A stretch of 64,000 nucleotides of DNA from an uncultured Aliarcobacter sp. (GCA_963664305.2 CAXXLV010000002.1:1312001-1376000); one strand, 5' to 3'; positions 38,696-48,491 are shown, counted from the first letter of the stretch. Notes: generated from the sequence alone by a model not told the origin. Numbers and translations are program-made.

Positions 38696-39901
38696 TTATT
38701 TACTAGAATTAATCATGTAATCGATTATTTCTTTTATTTTTTCATCACTAAAGTCTGTTCCACCTTTAGGAGGCATAGCATTTATACCATTTATTGCATT
38801 ATGATAAACTTTATCCACTCCCTTTTCTGTCACTTTAGCCCATGCCACTTTGTCACCTACTACAGGTGCCCCAATAGCAGGGTTTCCATGACATGCAGAA
38901 CAACTAGCTTCATAATCAGCTTGTCCTGGTTTTACAGAATTTGCATCAACTTTTGGTAAACTTCTTTCAACTGACATCGGTTGATTTGAGTTAGCTGTTA
39001 AATCTATATTAATTTTCATTAAAAGATTATTTACATCTTCTTTTATACAATCTTTCATACATCTTGTACCTGTTCCATAAATTTTTGGATCAGATAATAA
39101 TGCTGTCATATTTTTAACTCCATCTCTTGGATTTGGAGTATCAACTTCTGGATAGAAACCATCATGATTTGGCATGATAACTTTCATTAGTTTTTCTTTA
39201 TCTAAAACATATTCATCATCAAGTTCTTCACCATCAATAGTAATATTATTTACAGATAATAAATAAGCTGTAATTGCATATGTTTCACTATTTGTTAAAC
39301 TTTTTGGATGTGGGAATGGCATTGAATCTTGAACATACCAATAAAGTGTACTTGCAAATGGCCAATATGAACCAATTGTTCTAACTGGTGTATCAGGATT
39401 TGGATGTTCATCCGCTGGATTTAATCTTTGAATTTTTAATGATTCTTTTGAACCACCAGCAAGCGTTGGATAACCTTTACCTCCTGAACCAAAATCTCCA
39501 TGACACATAGCACATTGAGCATCATATAATTCATTTCCAAGTTCTACTGAACCTTCAGCTTTTTTAGGTTTTCCATCATCACCAAGTACAACTTCACCCT
39601 CTTTCATATCAAATTCAGGTAAACCTGTTCCATCTGGTTTTACATCTACATTCCAAGCTGTGATTTCTCTTTTTGTAGGAGTTCTTCCAATAGCTGAATT
39701 TTTTACTTCTTGTGTATTCACATAATAAGAAGAATATTTTCCATCTTTTGTTGGATATTTTACTGCTCCATCAACTGATGTCTCTTTTGTTGCAGCCATT
39801 GCAGAAGTTGCTAGTAAAGTTGATAAACCAACACTAAGAAGAGTAGTTTTAAGCTTTTTTGTGTTTTCTAATTTGAACATTATTACACTCTCCTTTTTCA
39901 T
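38696..39901 (-). CDS. soxD: Sulfur dehydrogenase cytochrome subunit SoxD (diheme; start probably 39880)
   Basis: WNVDVKPDGTGLP, CAMCH, TIGSYWPFA, MPFPHP, CMKDC, second heme CSACH with MPPKGG. Confidence 0.93.
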   Translation of the reverse strand: MKKESVIMFKLENTKKLKTTLLSVGLSTLLATSAMAATKETSVDGAVKYPTKDGKYSSYYVNTQEVKNSAIGRTPTKREITAWNVDVKPDGTGLPEFDMKEGEVVLGDDGKPKKAEGSVELGNELYDAQCAMCHGDFGSGGKGYPTLAGGSKESLKIQRLNPADEHPNPDTPVRTIGSYWPFASTLYWYVQDSMPFPHPKSLTNSETYAITAYLLSVNNITIDGEELDDEYVLDKEKLMKVIMPNHDGFYPEVDTPNPRDGVKNMTALLSDPKIYGTGTRCMKDCIKEDVNNLLMKINIDLTANSNQPMSVERSLPKVDANSVKPGQADYEASCSACHGNPAIGAPVVGDKVAWAKVTEKGVDKVYHNAINGINAMPPKGGTDFSDEKIKEIIDYMINSSK

Positions 39902-41186
39902 TAATTTCCCAAGTTACAATTGCATTTCTATGATAAACTGATTCAACACCAACAGCAGATGTTTCTTGGTCGATTGTAGGTTGGATATTTCCAAAATCAT
40001 CATAAGATCTACTTGCTAATAATAAAGGTTTTCCATTCCATCTCATCACATAACTAAATCTTGTCCAAGATTTTGGTAATACTAAACCTTTTAATTTAGC
40101 TTCAACCCAATTATCTCCACCATCAAATGAGATATCAACACCTTTGATTGTTCCATGACCAGACCAAGCAATTCCTTCAATTTCTACTAACTCACCTTTT
40201 TTCAAGTTTGTCCATGGTTTTTCAGGACATGGGCTAGTAATTACCGAGTTAACTTCATTTACCCAGAAATATCTTATTGCTTTTCCAGATTTTTGAAGCA
40301 TTGTATATTTAGAAGTTTCTTCTTTTGAATGCCAAGGTTTATCACTAAATTCTAATCTTCTTAACCATTTAGTATTTAAGTTACCTTCCCATCCTGGAAC
40401 GATTAATCTTACAGGATATCCTTGTTCAGGTCTTAATGCTTCACCATTTTGTCCCCAAACTACCATTACGTCATCTAAAGCTTTATCAACAGGAATTGAT
40501 CTAGGATTAGAAGCATTATCGCTTCCTTCAGCTAACATCCAAACAGCATCTTTTTCTAAACCTAAGTCATCTAAAATAGTTTTTAACATAACTCCAGTCC
40601 ATTGAGCAGCACTCATAAGACCTTTCATAAATTGTAAACTGTTAAATTGTGGACCTCTCCACTCTGGACTTCCATTTGCAGGACACTCTATAAAGTAAAT
40701 TCTTGTTTCACTTGGATATTTTTTTAAATCATCTAAAGTTAAAACTATCTCTTTTTTAACTTTTCCATGAATCATTAATCTCCACTCATTTGGATCTACA
40801 TGAGCTGTTCCACCATGATCTCTTGTAAAGAATAAACCATTTGGTGTAATAATTCCTTCTGATTCATGAATTGGACACATAGATACAGAAGCATAAGAAT
40901 CCCCTGAAGAGAATAAATCATGTGTTCTTCTGATGTTATTATGTTCATAAGGTGATGGTACACCATATAAATTTTTATCTACTGGATCTCCTAATTTTTG
41001 TCCCCAAGGTGCATCATTTATAATTGCAGGATCGTCAGCTTTTGCTAAAACTGGTGATAATACAGACGCAGCACTTAAGGCTCCAGCAGAATAAATAGCA
41101 GTTTTTTTAAAAAATTCTCTTCTACTTGTTGTTTTTTCAACTGCATTAGAATTTTCTTTTATTTCTAAAACTTCGCTGTTTTTCAA
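39849..41186 (-). CDS. soxC: Sulfur dehydrogenase molybdoprotein SoxC
   Basis: Tat SRREFF, GIITPNGLFF, FIECPANG (Mo-Cys), PEQGYPVRL..PGWEGN, AWSG. Confidence 0.96.
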   Translation of the reverse strand: MKNSEVLEIKENSNAVEKTTSRREFFKKTAIYSAGALSAASVLSPVLAKADDPAIINDAPWGQKLGDPVDKNLYGVPSPYEHNNIRRTHDLFSSGDSYASVSMCPIHESEGIITPNGLFFTRDHGGTAHVDPNEWRLMIHGKVKKEIVLTLDDLKKYPSETRIYFIECPANGSPEWRGPQFNSLQFMKGLMSAAQWTGVMLKTILDDLGLEKDAVWMLAEGSDNASNPRSIPVDKALDDVMVVWGQNGEALRPEQGYPVRLIVPGWEGNLNTKWLRRLEFSDKPWHSKEETSKYTMLQKSGKAIRYFWVNEVNSVITSPCPEKPWTNLKKGELVEIEGIAWSGHGTIKGVDISFDGGDNWVEAKLKGLVLPKSWTRFSYVMRWNGKPLLLASRSYDDFGNIQPTIDQETSAVGVESVYHRNAIVTWEINEKGECNNVQIRKHKKA

Positions 41187-41422
41187 CTTTAACCTCCTAT
41201 AAAATTTGACTATATTTATAAAAATTCTTCATCACAATAATTATAGATTTTATAAGTTAAAACAAAACTTAAAATATTAATTTATCTTATATTTTGATAG
41301 ATAAAATATTACTGATGGTAGCATTAAAGTAGCACGGATAATTGGGCATTATAGGATATATTTGTTTTAGTTATAATAGGATATTTTTATGAATAATCAT
41401 TCATAAAAATATCATTTTTTTA

Positions 41423-42589
41423 TTAAATAATTTTAGTTTTTATATCAAAAAATTTATACAATTTTCTAATAAATATCATCAAAAATAATCCATCAATCAT
41501 ACTTGCAATTATAAAAGAAAAATATTCAGATTGAGTGATTAAACCGTAGTTAAATGAAAGCATTGCAATTGCTACCATAAAGGTTAAAGGCATAGAATCA
41601 CTTAGAGCAAAAAGTGTAGTTTGTTTAAATTTTAGATACTTAAAAAAAGACAAATATGAGCTAATAAGTCTTATCATAATAATTGCACACATAATAAAAA
41701 TTGCATGTTTTAAAATATCTAAAGTTATCATATCAAGCTTTACAGTTGAACCTGTATAAATAAAAAAAATGGGAACGAAAAAACCAAAACCAAAAGATTC
41801 AATTTTTTCAAGAAGTTCATGTTTTTGATTAAAAAACATTTTAAAAAATAGACCTGCCGCAAAAGCTCCTAATACAACATCTATTTTTAACACAAGCATA
41901 ATTGCTACCAAAATTAATAAACTTGAAATTGAAAAACGAATATCTTGATTGTATCTATCATGTTGTGAATCAGGAATTAAAAAGTTTCTTAATTCGGGAA
42001 ACCACCAAAATAAAAGATAAGAAATTCTTAAACCTAAAATACTAACTATAATTACACTAAATATTGTAAGAAGAGAAAGAAAAAATTGAATATTAAAACC
42101 ATACTCAATCCAACCACTAAATAAAGTAAGAGCTAAAATACTTATAACTTCACCAACAACACCAATTGATAAAGCAAGATTTAACCAAGGTTCATCTTTT
42201 CCGTACTCTTTTATAAGCATCATAATCATACCTAAAGAGAAAATTGGTAAAGCAACAAAATATGTAATACCTAAATTAAAAATCCAACAAACAAGACCTG
42301 AAATTGTATATAAAAATATAAAATATAAAATCACATTAACTGCAAGAGTTGCTTTTATGATTTTTACAAGTTTTAGATTTATTTCAAGACCTGCTAAAAA
42401 CATCAAATAAACAAAGCCAAATTTTGCAACAAGTTTTAAGGTTTCATCATCATATAATAAGCCTAAATATCCAGCAAATAGACCTAAAAATATCTCAACT
42501 ACAACTACAGGTGTTCTAGTTAATTTAGAGACTCCGGGAGAAATCATAATTATAGTACATACAGTTATGATTAAAAAAAATTTTTCCAT
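41423..42589 (-). CDS. CPA2 cation:proton antiporter (NapA-like)
   Basis: Polytopic protein; LMFLAGLE, LGAFAAG, GFFVPIFFIYTG. Confidence 0.9.
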   Translation of the reverse strand: MEKFFLIITVCTIIMISPGVSKLTRTPVVVVEIFLGLFAGYLGLLYDDETLKLVAKFGFVYLMFLAGLEINLKLVKIIKATLAVNVILYFIFLYTISGLVCWIFNLGITYFVALPIFSLGMIMMLIKEYGKDEPWLNLALSIGVVGEVISILALTLFSGWIEYGFNIQFFLSLLTIFSVIIVSILGLRISYLLFWWFPELRNFLIPDSQHDRYNQDIRFSISSLLILVAIMLVLKIDVVLGAFAAGLFFKMFFNQKHELLEKIESFGFGFFVPIFFIYTGSTVKLDMITLDILKHAIFIMCAIIMIRLISSYLSFFKYLKFKQTTLFALSDSMPLTFMVAIAMLSFNYGLITQSEYFSFIIASMIDGLFLMIFIRKLYKFFDIKTKII

Positions 42590-42633
42590 TTTATTTCCAA
42601 TGTAAATCTAATAAAACGGAGTATTTTATAACA

Positions 42634-44694
42634 TTACTCTTGAATTTGAGATTCTTCGTCGTCTTTTATTTGCATACCTGCTTCTTTTAGAAATGGACTA
42701 GCTACAAATGTAAGTTTTTTTATCTTGTCATACTTTGCATATGAAAGATATAAGATATCTTTTGCCCTTGTAACTGCAACGTAAAAAAGACGTCTTTCTT
42801 CTTCAATACTTCCACCTTTACTCATAAGTTTTCGATTTGGGAATCTTCCATCCATTAAATCTATTACATAAACTTCTTTGAACTCCAAACCTTTACTTGC
42901 ATGAATTGAAAGTAGATTTACTCCATCACCTTCACTCATCTCACTTCCACCTAAAATCATAGAGTTAATGAATTTTGAAAGGTCGTTAAAATTTCTTGAT
43001 AAATTCTTTAAAAGCATACCTTTTCTATTTATTTTCGCTAATGCTTTTGTTTTTTGCATTGGATTTATAGTTCCATCTTTTTGTGTTGCTCTTTTTGTAG
43101 ATAAAAAATCTTTTAACTTAGAATAAGCCATAGAAGATATGATATTTCCAACTAATGTTTCTGGATTTTTTGTTCTTCTTAAATGTTTCATCAACAAATA
43201 TATATCATAAAGATATTTTCCACCATCAACATTTAATTTTGGATGTTTTAGTATAGGATTTCCTAAAAATGCCTCTTCAAAATTACAATCTTTAAATTTT
43301 GAAACAGAACCTAACTCTATAAAATCATCAAAAAGCCCTAACTGCTGATTTTTCATTCTTCCTGTTTCATAAGGATTGTTCATGTCACTTCTTGGTTGAA
43401 ATAAACCTCTTAAAATATCTCCATCACCAAGTCTAATCAAAGCATCAAATACATCTTTTGCTATTGCTTTTCCAATACCTTTTCCATGTTCAACAACATG
43501 GATAAAAGCCATCATATCATTGTGAGAAAGTTGCATAACTAAAATATCAAGTATAAATTTCACTTCCACAGAATCAAAAAAGCTCATTCCACCTTTTCGT
43601 TTAGCAGGAATTGAGAACTCCCTCAAATTTGCTTCTATACCATCTGCACTTGAATTATTTCTATAAATAATTGCAATTTCACTGTGTGGAGTTTCACTTT
43701 TTGAAATTAATTGTGAGATATATTCATATTGAGAAAAAAGCTCATTAAAAGCCAATAATTTTGGTTTATGTTCATCTTGTGTTCTTACAACTTCAAGTTT
43801 TTTTTCATAAACCCTTTCATTAAATTCAATAACTTTTGTTGCCAAATCTAAAATTGGTTTTGTTGAACGATAATTTTTTCTAAGTGTAAATACTTTTGCA
43901 TTTTCATATCTTTTTGCAAAAGTTGAAATAATTCCAATATCTGAACCATTAAAAGCATAAATACTTTGGTCATAATCACCTACACAAAAAAGTGATTTTG
44001 GTCTAAATCCATCAAGTAATCTTCCTTGTAATGGATTTGTATCTTGATATTCATCTACTAAAATTTCTTTAAAATCAAACTCTTTCTCTTTTAAAGTTTC
44101 AAGCATAATTGTTAATAAATCATCAAAATTTGCATAACCATATTTTGTTTTTAATTCATGAAATTCAGCAACTACATCTTCATAAATTAAAGTATAAATT
44201 TCATGACTTGCATTTTTTGATTTTATCCATGAAGCAAAATCTTCTCCATCATTTGAATTTAGATATAAAGAATACATATCATATAAATATCCACCGTCAT
44301 ATGGATTAGCTTCATCATCTCTTTCCATAAAAACTCTTTTTTCATAAATAGATTTAAAAAGTGTTTTTAATTCATTTGGCTGTTTCAAAGTGATATTTAC
44401 ATTTAATTCTTTTAATAATTTGTATGAAACAGAATGAAAAGTTCCTGCCATAATCTGTTTTGCGATATCTTTTCCAAAAAATTTAGCAACCCTTGCTACC
44501 ATTTCAGCAGCTGCTTTATTTGTAAAAGTTAAAAGTAAAATTTGATTTGGTTTAACGCCATTATTTATTAAGTTTGCAATTCGTCCAACTATTGTAGAAG
44601 TTTTTCCTGTTCCAGCACTTGCAATAATAAGGTTAAAACCATAGGGACAAGTTGCCGCTTCTAGTTGTTCTTGATTTAGATTTGATAAAGGCAT
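42634..44694 (-). CDS. ATP-dependent DNA helicase, UvrD/Rep/PcrA family
   Basis: ASAGTGKT, LTFTNKAA, VDEYQDTN, VGDYDQSIY, NYRS, SIHASKGLEF, EERRLFYVAVTRAK; extended -10 TGATACTAT at 44747-44739. Confidence 0.95.
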   Translation of the reverse strand: MPLSNLNQEQLEAATCPYGFNLIIASAGTGKTSTIVGRIANLINNGVKPNQILLLTFTNKAAAEMVARVAKFFGKDIAKQIMAGTFHSVSYKLLKELNVNITLKQPNELKTLFKSIYEKRVFMERDDEANPYDGGYLYDMYSLYLNSNDGEDFASWIKSKNASHEIYTLIYEDVVAEFHELKTKYGYANFDDLLTIMLETLKEKEFDFKEILVDEYQDTNPLQGRLLDGFRPKSLFCVGDYDQSIYAFNGSDIGIISTFAKRYENAKVFTLRKNYRSTKPILDLATKVIEFNERVYEKKLEVVRTQDEHKPKLLAFNELFSQYEYISQLISKSETPHSEIAIIYRNNSSADGIEANLREFSIPAKRKGGMSFFDSVEVKFILDILVMQLSHNDMMAFIHVVEHGKGIGKAIAKDVFDALIRLGDGDILRGLFQPRSDMNNPYETGRMKNQQLGLFDDFIELGSVSKFKDCNFEEAFLGNPILKHPKLNVDGGKYLYDIYLLMKHLRRTKNPETLVGNIISSMAYSKLKDFLSTKRATQKDGTINPMQKTKALAKINRKGMLLKNLSRNFNDLSKFINSMILGGSEMSEGDGVNLLSIHASKGLEFKEVYVIDLMDGRFPNRKLMSKGGSIEEERRLFYVAVTRAKDILYLSYAKYDKIKKLTFVASPFLKEAGMQIKDDEESQIQE

Positions 44695-44773
44695 TGGATT
44701 TAGTTATTTGTATTTTTTAAAAGTGTAATCATTTCGAAATAGTATCATAAAAGATTTAAGAAAGATTGAAAAT

Positions 44774-44893
44774 AAAAAAGGATGCCCAGGGGAGGCATCC
44801 TTCTTTACACAAGGAAACATAAAAAATTATCTATTTAAGAAATCTTATCTTAAAAATATTCTTATAAATAAGCCGCTGCGTCAACTTATCTAT
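44774..44893 (-). ncRNA. Candidate trans-acting small RNA (~120 nt)
   Basis: TATAAT at 44905-44900; predicted +1 at 44893 coincides with a 5' hairpin; C/U-rich single-stranded UUUCCUU; GC-rich terminator AAGGATGCCT-CCCCT-GGGCATCCTT followed by a U6 tract; no RBS-led ORF. Confidence 0.65.
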
Positions 44894-44916
44894 AAAGAAA
44901 TTATAATCACTCATCA

Positions 44917-44953
44917 TTAACTAAAATCTAATCGAAAATTAACAAAGAGTTAA
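44917..44953 (-). promoter_or_regulatory. Four 11-bp-phased direct repeats (OmpR/PhoB-type site) upstream of the sRNA candidate
   Basis: TTAA at 44917, CTAA at 44928, TTAA at 44939, TTAA at 44950; minus strand reads GTTAAC-N5-GTTAAT-N5-ATTAGA-N5-GTTAAT. Confidence 0.5.
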
Positions 44954-44971
44954 CTTGACTATAATTTGCAA

Positions 44972-46861
44972 TTAAATCACATAATTGTTTTTAAAACTTA
45001 ACTCGATATTATCACCTATTGCTTTATTTCTTCCATTTTCTTTTGCTATATATAGGTAATTATCAGCTCTTTCTATAACTTGTTCTATTTTTTTATCTTC
45101 TTTTTGTATTTGAGTAAAACCAATACAACAAGTTTTACGATTTACATATTTAAACTTGAGATTTTCTACATTATCTTTTATTTTTAATGCTAAAGTTTTC
45201 ATCGCTTCAATATTTGTATTTGGAGCTATAATAATAAACTCTTCACCACCCCATCTACCAACCAAATCACTTTTTCTTGTACTATCTTTTAATATATTTG
45301 AAAATTCAACTAATAAATTATCTCCAACATTATGTCCAAATTTATCATTTACAGCTTTGAAAAAGTCTATATCTAAAATCATAATTGATACTTCTTCATT
45401 GTATCTACTTACATTATACATAGCTTTTTCTAACTCTTCATTTATTCTATTTCTATTTGCTAAATTTGTTAAACTATCTGTTTTAGCTAATTTCTCTATT
45501 AATTTTTTATCACTTATATTATAAGAAAAAGAAACATATTCATAAGAATCATTTTTTAGATTCTTTTTAGGTGTTATTTTCATATTTATCCAATATGTTT
45601 GACCATTCTTTTTCTTATTTTCTAATTCACCTTCCCAAACTTTTCCATCTTTTATTGTTTTCCATAAACTATTGTAAGTCTCTTTTTGTATATTATCACT
45701 TTTTAATTTACTGTGAGTAAATCCAATTAATTCATCTTTTTCATAACCTGTTAAGTCACAAAAAGCATCATTTACATAAATTATTATTCCTTTTTCATTT
45801 GTAATTGATATTGGAATATATCTATTTGTGATTTTAGTATTTTCTTTAATTTTTAATAAACTATCTTCTAATTTGCTTCTAATTCTACTTGGATAAACTG
45901 CTAAAATAAGTCCTAAAATAAGAACAAAAGGAATAATTATAGAAATTAACAATGTATTTGAATTGCCTAAAATTTCTGTTAAATATTTTTCATCTAGAAA
46001 AAATATCAACTTTAAATCTTGATTATTATTTGCAACTGTTTCCAAAGAATAACTATATAAAAAGTCTTTGTTATATTCATCATTTTTAGAAATTGCTTCA
46101 AAATCAAAGTTTCTAAATTCATTCTTAAAATTAAAATTTGTTTTTAAATCTTTTGACCATCTTTTTGAAGATTCAGGATGAAACAGATAATTCCCATCTT
46201 TATCTATCAAATAAACTTTTAAATGTCCAAACTCTTCTAAACTTTGAATAAATGATTTTAAATTTAGATTTAATACTAATAATCCTCTTTTTTCACCATT
46301 ATTACTAAAAACAGATTTTATGATACGAATTGTAGGATAATAAGGAATTTGTATTTTTCCAAATTCACTATTTAGATTTAATTCACTTATAAAAAAATCA
46401 TTAACAGTCATTTTTAAAGCATCTGCCATATATTTACTATTTTTTTTATTTTGTAATTGCTCAATTTTTAAAATTTCTGGTTTCTGATTTGTATAATATT
46501 TTTGGACTCTAATTAATTCATTTCCATCTAAATCAATAAATCTTAATTGAAGAATTTCATCTTTTGAAGAAGCATAATTATAAAAAAGTGTTTCTACAGA
46601 ATCTTTATACTTTGAATCTTCTATAAAATTTATAAATATTTTTTCCTCTAAAATATTATCAATATTTCTTTTACCCTCGTCTATTATTTTTGATAAATAT
46701 TTATTTTCAAATTTATAACTATTTTTTGTTGAGTTGTATTCATGTTCTTTTAGTTCAAATCTTAATATATTACTATTTACAACATAAATCACAGAAACAA
46801 TTAAAAATCCAAAAATAAGAAAAAGTAGAAAGAATTGAATATATAAACTTCTAAATGTCAC
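44972..46861 (-). CDS. Sensor diguanylate cyclase (Cache-like periplasmic domain-PAS-GGDEF)
   Basis: QLRFIDLDGNELIRV and PYYPTIR Cache-type motifs, PAS, DIDFFKAVND, RKSD I-site, GRWGGEEF. Confidence 0.92.
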   Translation of the reverse strand: MTFRSLYIQFFLLFLIFGFLIVSVIYVVNSNILRFELKEHEYNSTKNSYKFENKYLSKIIDEGKRNIDNILEEKIFINFIEDSKYKDSVETLFYNYASSKDEILQLRFIDLDGNELIRVQKYYTNQKPEILKIEQLQNKKNSKYMADALKMTVNDFFISELNLNSEFGKIQIPYYPTIRIIKSVFSNNGEKRGLLVLNLNLKSFIQSLEEFGHLKVYLIDKDGNYLFHPESSKRWSKDLKTNFNFKNEFRNFDFEAISKNDEYNKDFLYSYSLETVANNNQDLKLIFFLDEKYLTEILGNSNTLLISIIIPFVLILGLILAVYPSRIRSKLEDSLLKIKENTKITNRYIPISITNEKGIIIYVNDAFCDLTGYEKDELIGFTHSKLKSDNIQKETYNSLWKTIKDGKVWEGELENKKKNGQTYWINMKITPKKNLKNDSYEYVSFSYNISDKKLIEKLAKTDSLTNLANRNRINEELEKAMYNVSRYNEEVSIMILDIDFFKAVNDKFGHNVGDNLLVEFSNILKDSTRKSDLVGRWGGEEFIIIAPNTNIEAMKTLALKIKDNVENLKFKYVNRKTCCIGFTQIQKEDKKIEQVIERADNYLYIAKENGRNKAIGDNIELSFKNNYVI

Positions 46862-46908
46862 CTAATAACCTCAATTGTAAAGCTTTATGTATGATTACAT
46901 TTATTAAC

Positions 46909-47463
46909 TTAATTATTTATATTTTTTACTATTTGTTGAACTAATTTATAATATCCAATTATCAAAATCATAACTAAATATAAATATTGAGAAATATTTA
47001 CAGATTTTTGAGCCATAATCCAATGAATTGTAATAAGTATTAAAGCTAAATATATAAATTTATGATATTTGTTATATTTTCTAAAAAGTTGTTTTGTTGA
47101 AGTTATTGCCATAAATAAAACTATAAAAAAAGCAATCATTCCAAGATAAATAAATGGTTTTTCTAAAGTCTCTTTTAAAATAAACTCTAAATCAAAAGAA
47201 GCATCTAAAACTATAAAGTTCAGAAGATGTAATAAAGCATAAAAAAATCCTAAAAGTCCTACTTCTTTTCTATATTTTATTAAATTTATTTTCTCTTTTA
47301 TTAGTGAAATAGATATTGTAAAAAATAGTATTACAGTTGCTGTTCCACCAGTTATTGTATAGATATATTTTATTGGGTCATTTACATTATCAAATATAAA
47401 TAACCTAATATTTAAATAAACAAGAGGAGCTAAACTTAATAAATATATAAAAAATCGTACCAT
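46909..47463 (-). CDS. msrQ: Methionine sulfoxide reductase heme-binding membrane subunit MsrQ
   Basis: RKEVGLLGFFYALLH, AITS, HKFIYL..LITIHW; coupled to msrP. Confidence 0.9.
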   Translation of the reverse strand: MVRFFIYLLSLAPLVYLNIRLFIFDNVNDPIKYIYTITGGTATVILFFTISISLIKEKINLIKYRKEVGLLGFFYALLHLLNFIVLDASFDLEFILKETLEKPFIYLGMIAFFIVLFMAITSTKQLFRKYNKYHKFIYLALILITIHWIMAQKSVNISQYLYLVMILIIGYYKLVQQIVKNINN

Positions 47464-48422
47464 TAGAAATACTTTGTTAAATCCATATTTTTATACAAAC
47501 TTGCAACTTCATTTTCATAACCATTAAACATCAATGTATTTTGTTTTAAGAAACTTCCTAAAACTCGCTCTTTTTTTTGAGACCATCTTGGATGGTCAAC
47601 ATTTGGATTTACATTTGCATAAAATCCATACTCTTTTGGATTTTCTTTTTGCCAAGTATTAAGTGGTTCTTTTTCTACAAAAGAGATTTTTACTATTGAT
47701 TTTATAGATTTAAAACCATATTTCCATGGAACTACAAGTCTAATTGGGGCACCATTTTGTTTTGGCATAACATCTCCATATAAACCAATAGCTAAAAAAG
47801 ATAAATCATTCATAGCTTCATCTATTCGTAAACCTTCAACATATGGATAATCTAAAGTTGCAAATACACCTCTACTTTGGTCTGGAAAACTATCCTTATC
47901 AACTAAAGTCTCAAATCTTAAATATTTTGCATTTGAAAGTGGTTTTACTTTTTTTATTAAACTAGAAAGTGTAAATCCATTCCAAGGAACAACCATAGAC
48001 CAACCTTCAACACATCTAAATCTGTAAATTCTCTCTTCAATATCAAACATTTTTACTAAATCATCTAAATCAACTTCCATAGGATTTTCAACTAAACCAT
48101 CAATAGTTACTTTCCAATTTTCAGTCTTCAAAGTATGTGCCATGTCTTTAACATCTCTTTGATTTGTAGTAAATTCATAAAAATTATTGTGAGAAGTTAT
48201 TTGCTCGTATGTATTTAATTTTAGATTATTTATATTTTTATCTTTTATATAATTTAGAGTTTGTATAGGTAATTTTTCATTTGCTAAAAGTTCCATAATC
48301 GCTCCACTTGATACAAGTGTTGCAGCTCCAAGTTTTATAAAACTTCTTCTTTTTTCAAAAAACTCTTTTGGAGTTACTAAGTTTTCAGTTATCTGCCAAG
48401 ATTTTTTTCTAATAAGTTTCAT
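47463..48422 (-). CDS. msrP: Periplasmic protein-methionine-sulfoxide reductase catalytic subunit MsrP
   Basis: Tat RRSFIK, NNFYEF, FRCVEGWS, QNGAPIRLVVPWKYGFKSIKS, EYGFYANVNP. Confidence 0.96.
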   Translation of the reverse strand: MKLIRKKSWQITENLVTPKEFFEKRRSFIKLGAATLVSSGAIMELLANEKLPIQTLNYIKDKNINNLKLNTYEQITSHNNFYEFTTNQRDVKDMAHTLKTENWKVTIDGLVENPMEVDLDDLVKMFDIEERIYRFRCVEGWSMVVPWNGFTLSSLIKKVKPLSNAKYLRFETLVDKDSFPDQSRGVFATLDYPYVEGLRIDEAMNDLSFLAIGLYGDVMPKQNGAPIRLVVPWKYGFKSIKSIVKISFVEKEPLNTWQKENPKEYGFYANVNPNVDHPRWSQKKERVLGSFLKQNTLMFNGYENEVASLYKNMDLTKYF

Positions 48423-48491
48423 AACATATCCTTTATATTTCTAATCAAATTATAGAAATTTTCTGTAAAGGATATGTTTAGAATAAATTTT

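Noticed and set aside
44778..44818. Plus-strand reading of the same element as a CsrA-binding (GGA-loop) RNA, or as a riboswitch/attenuator for the helicase
   Set aside because: The promoter and U-tract are on the minus strand, there are only three GGA motifs, and the helicase has its own -10 downstream of the terminator.
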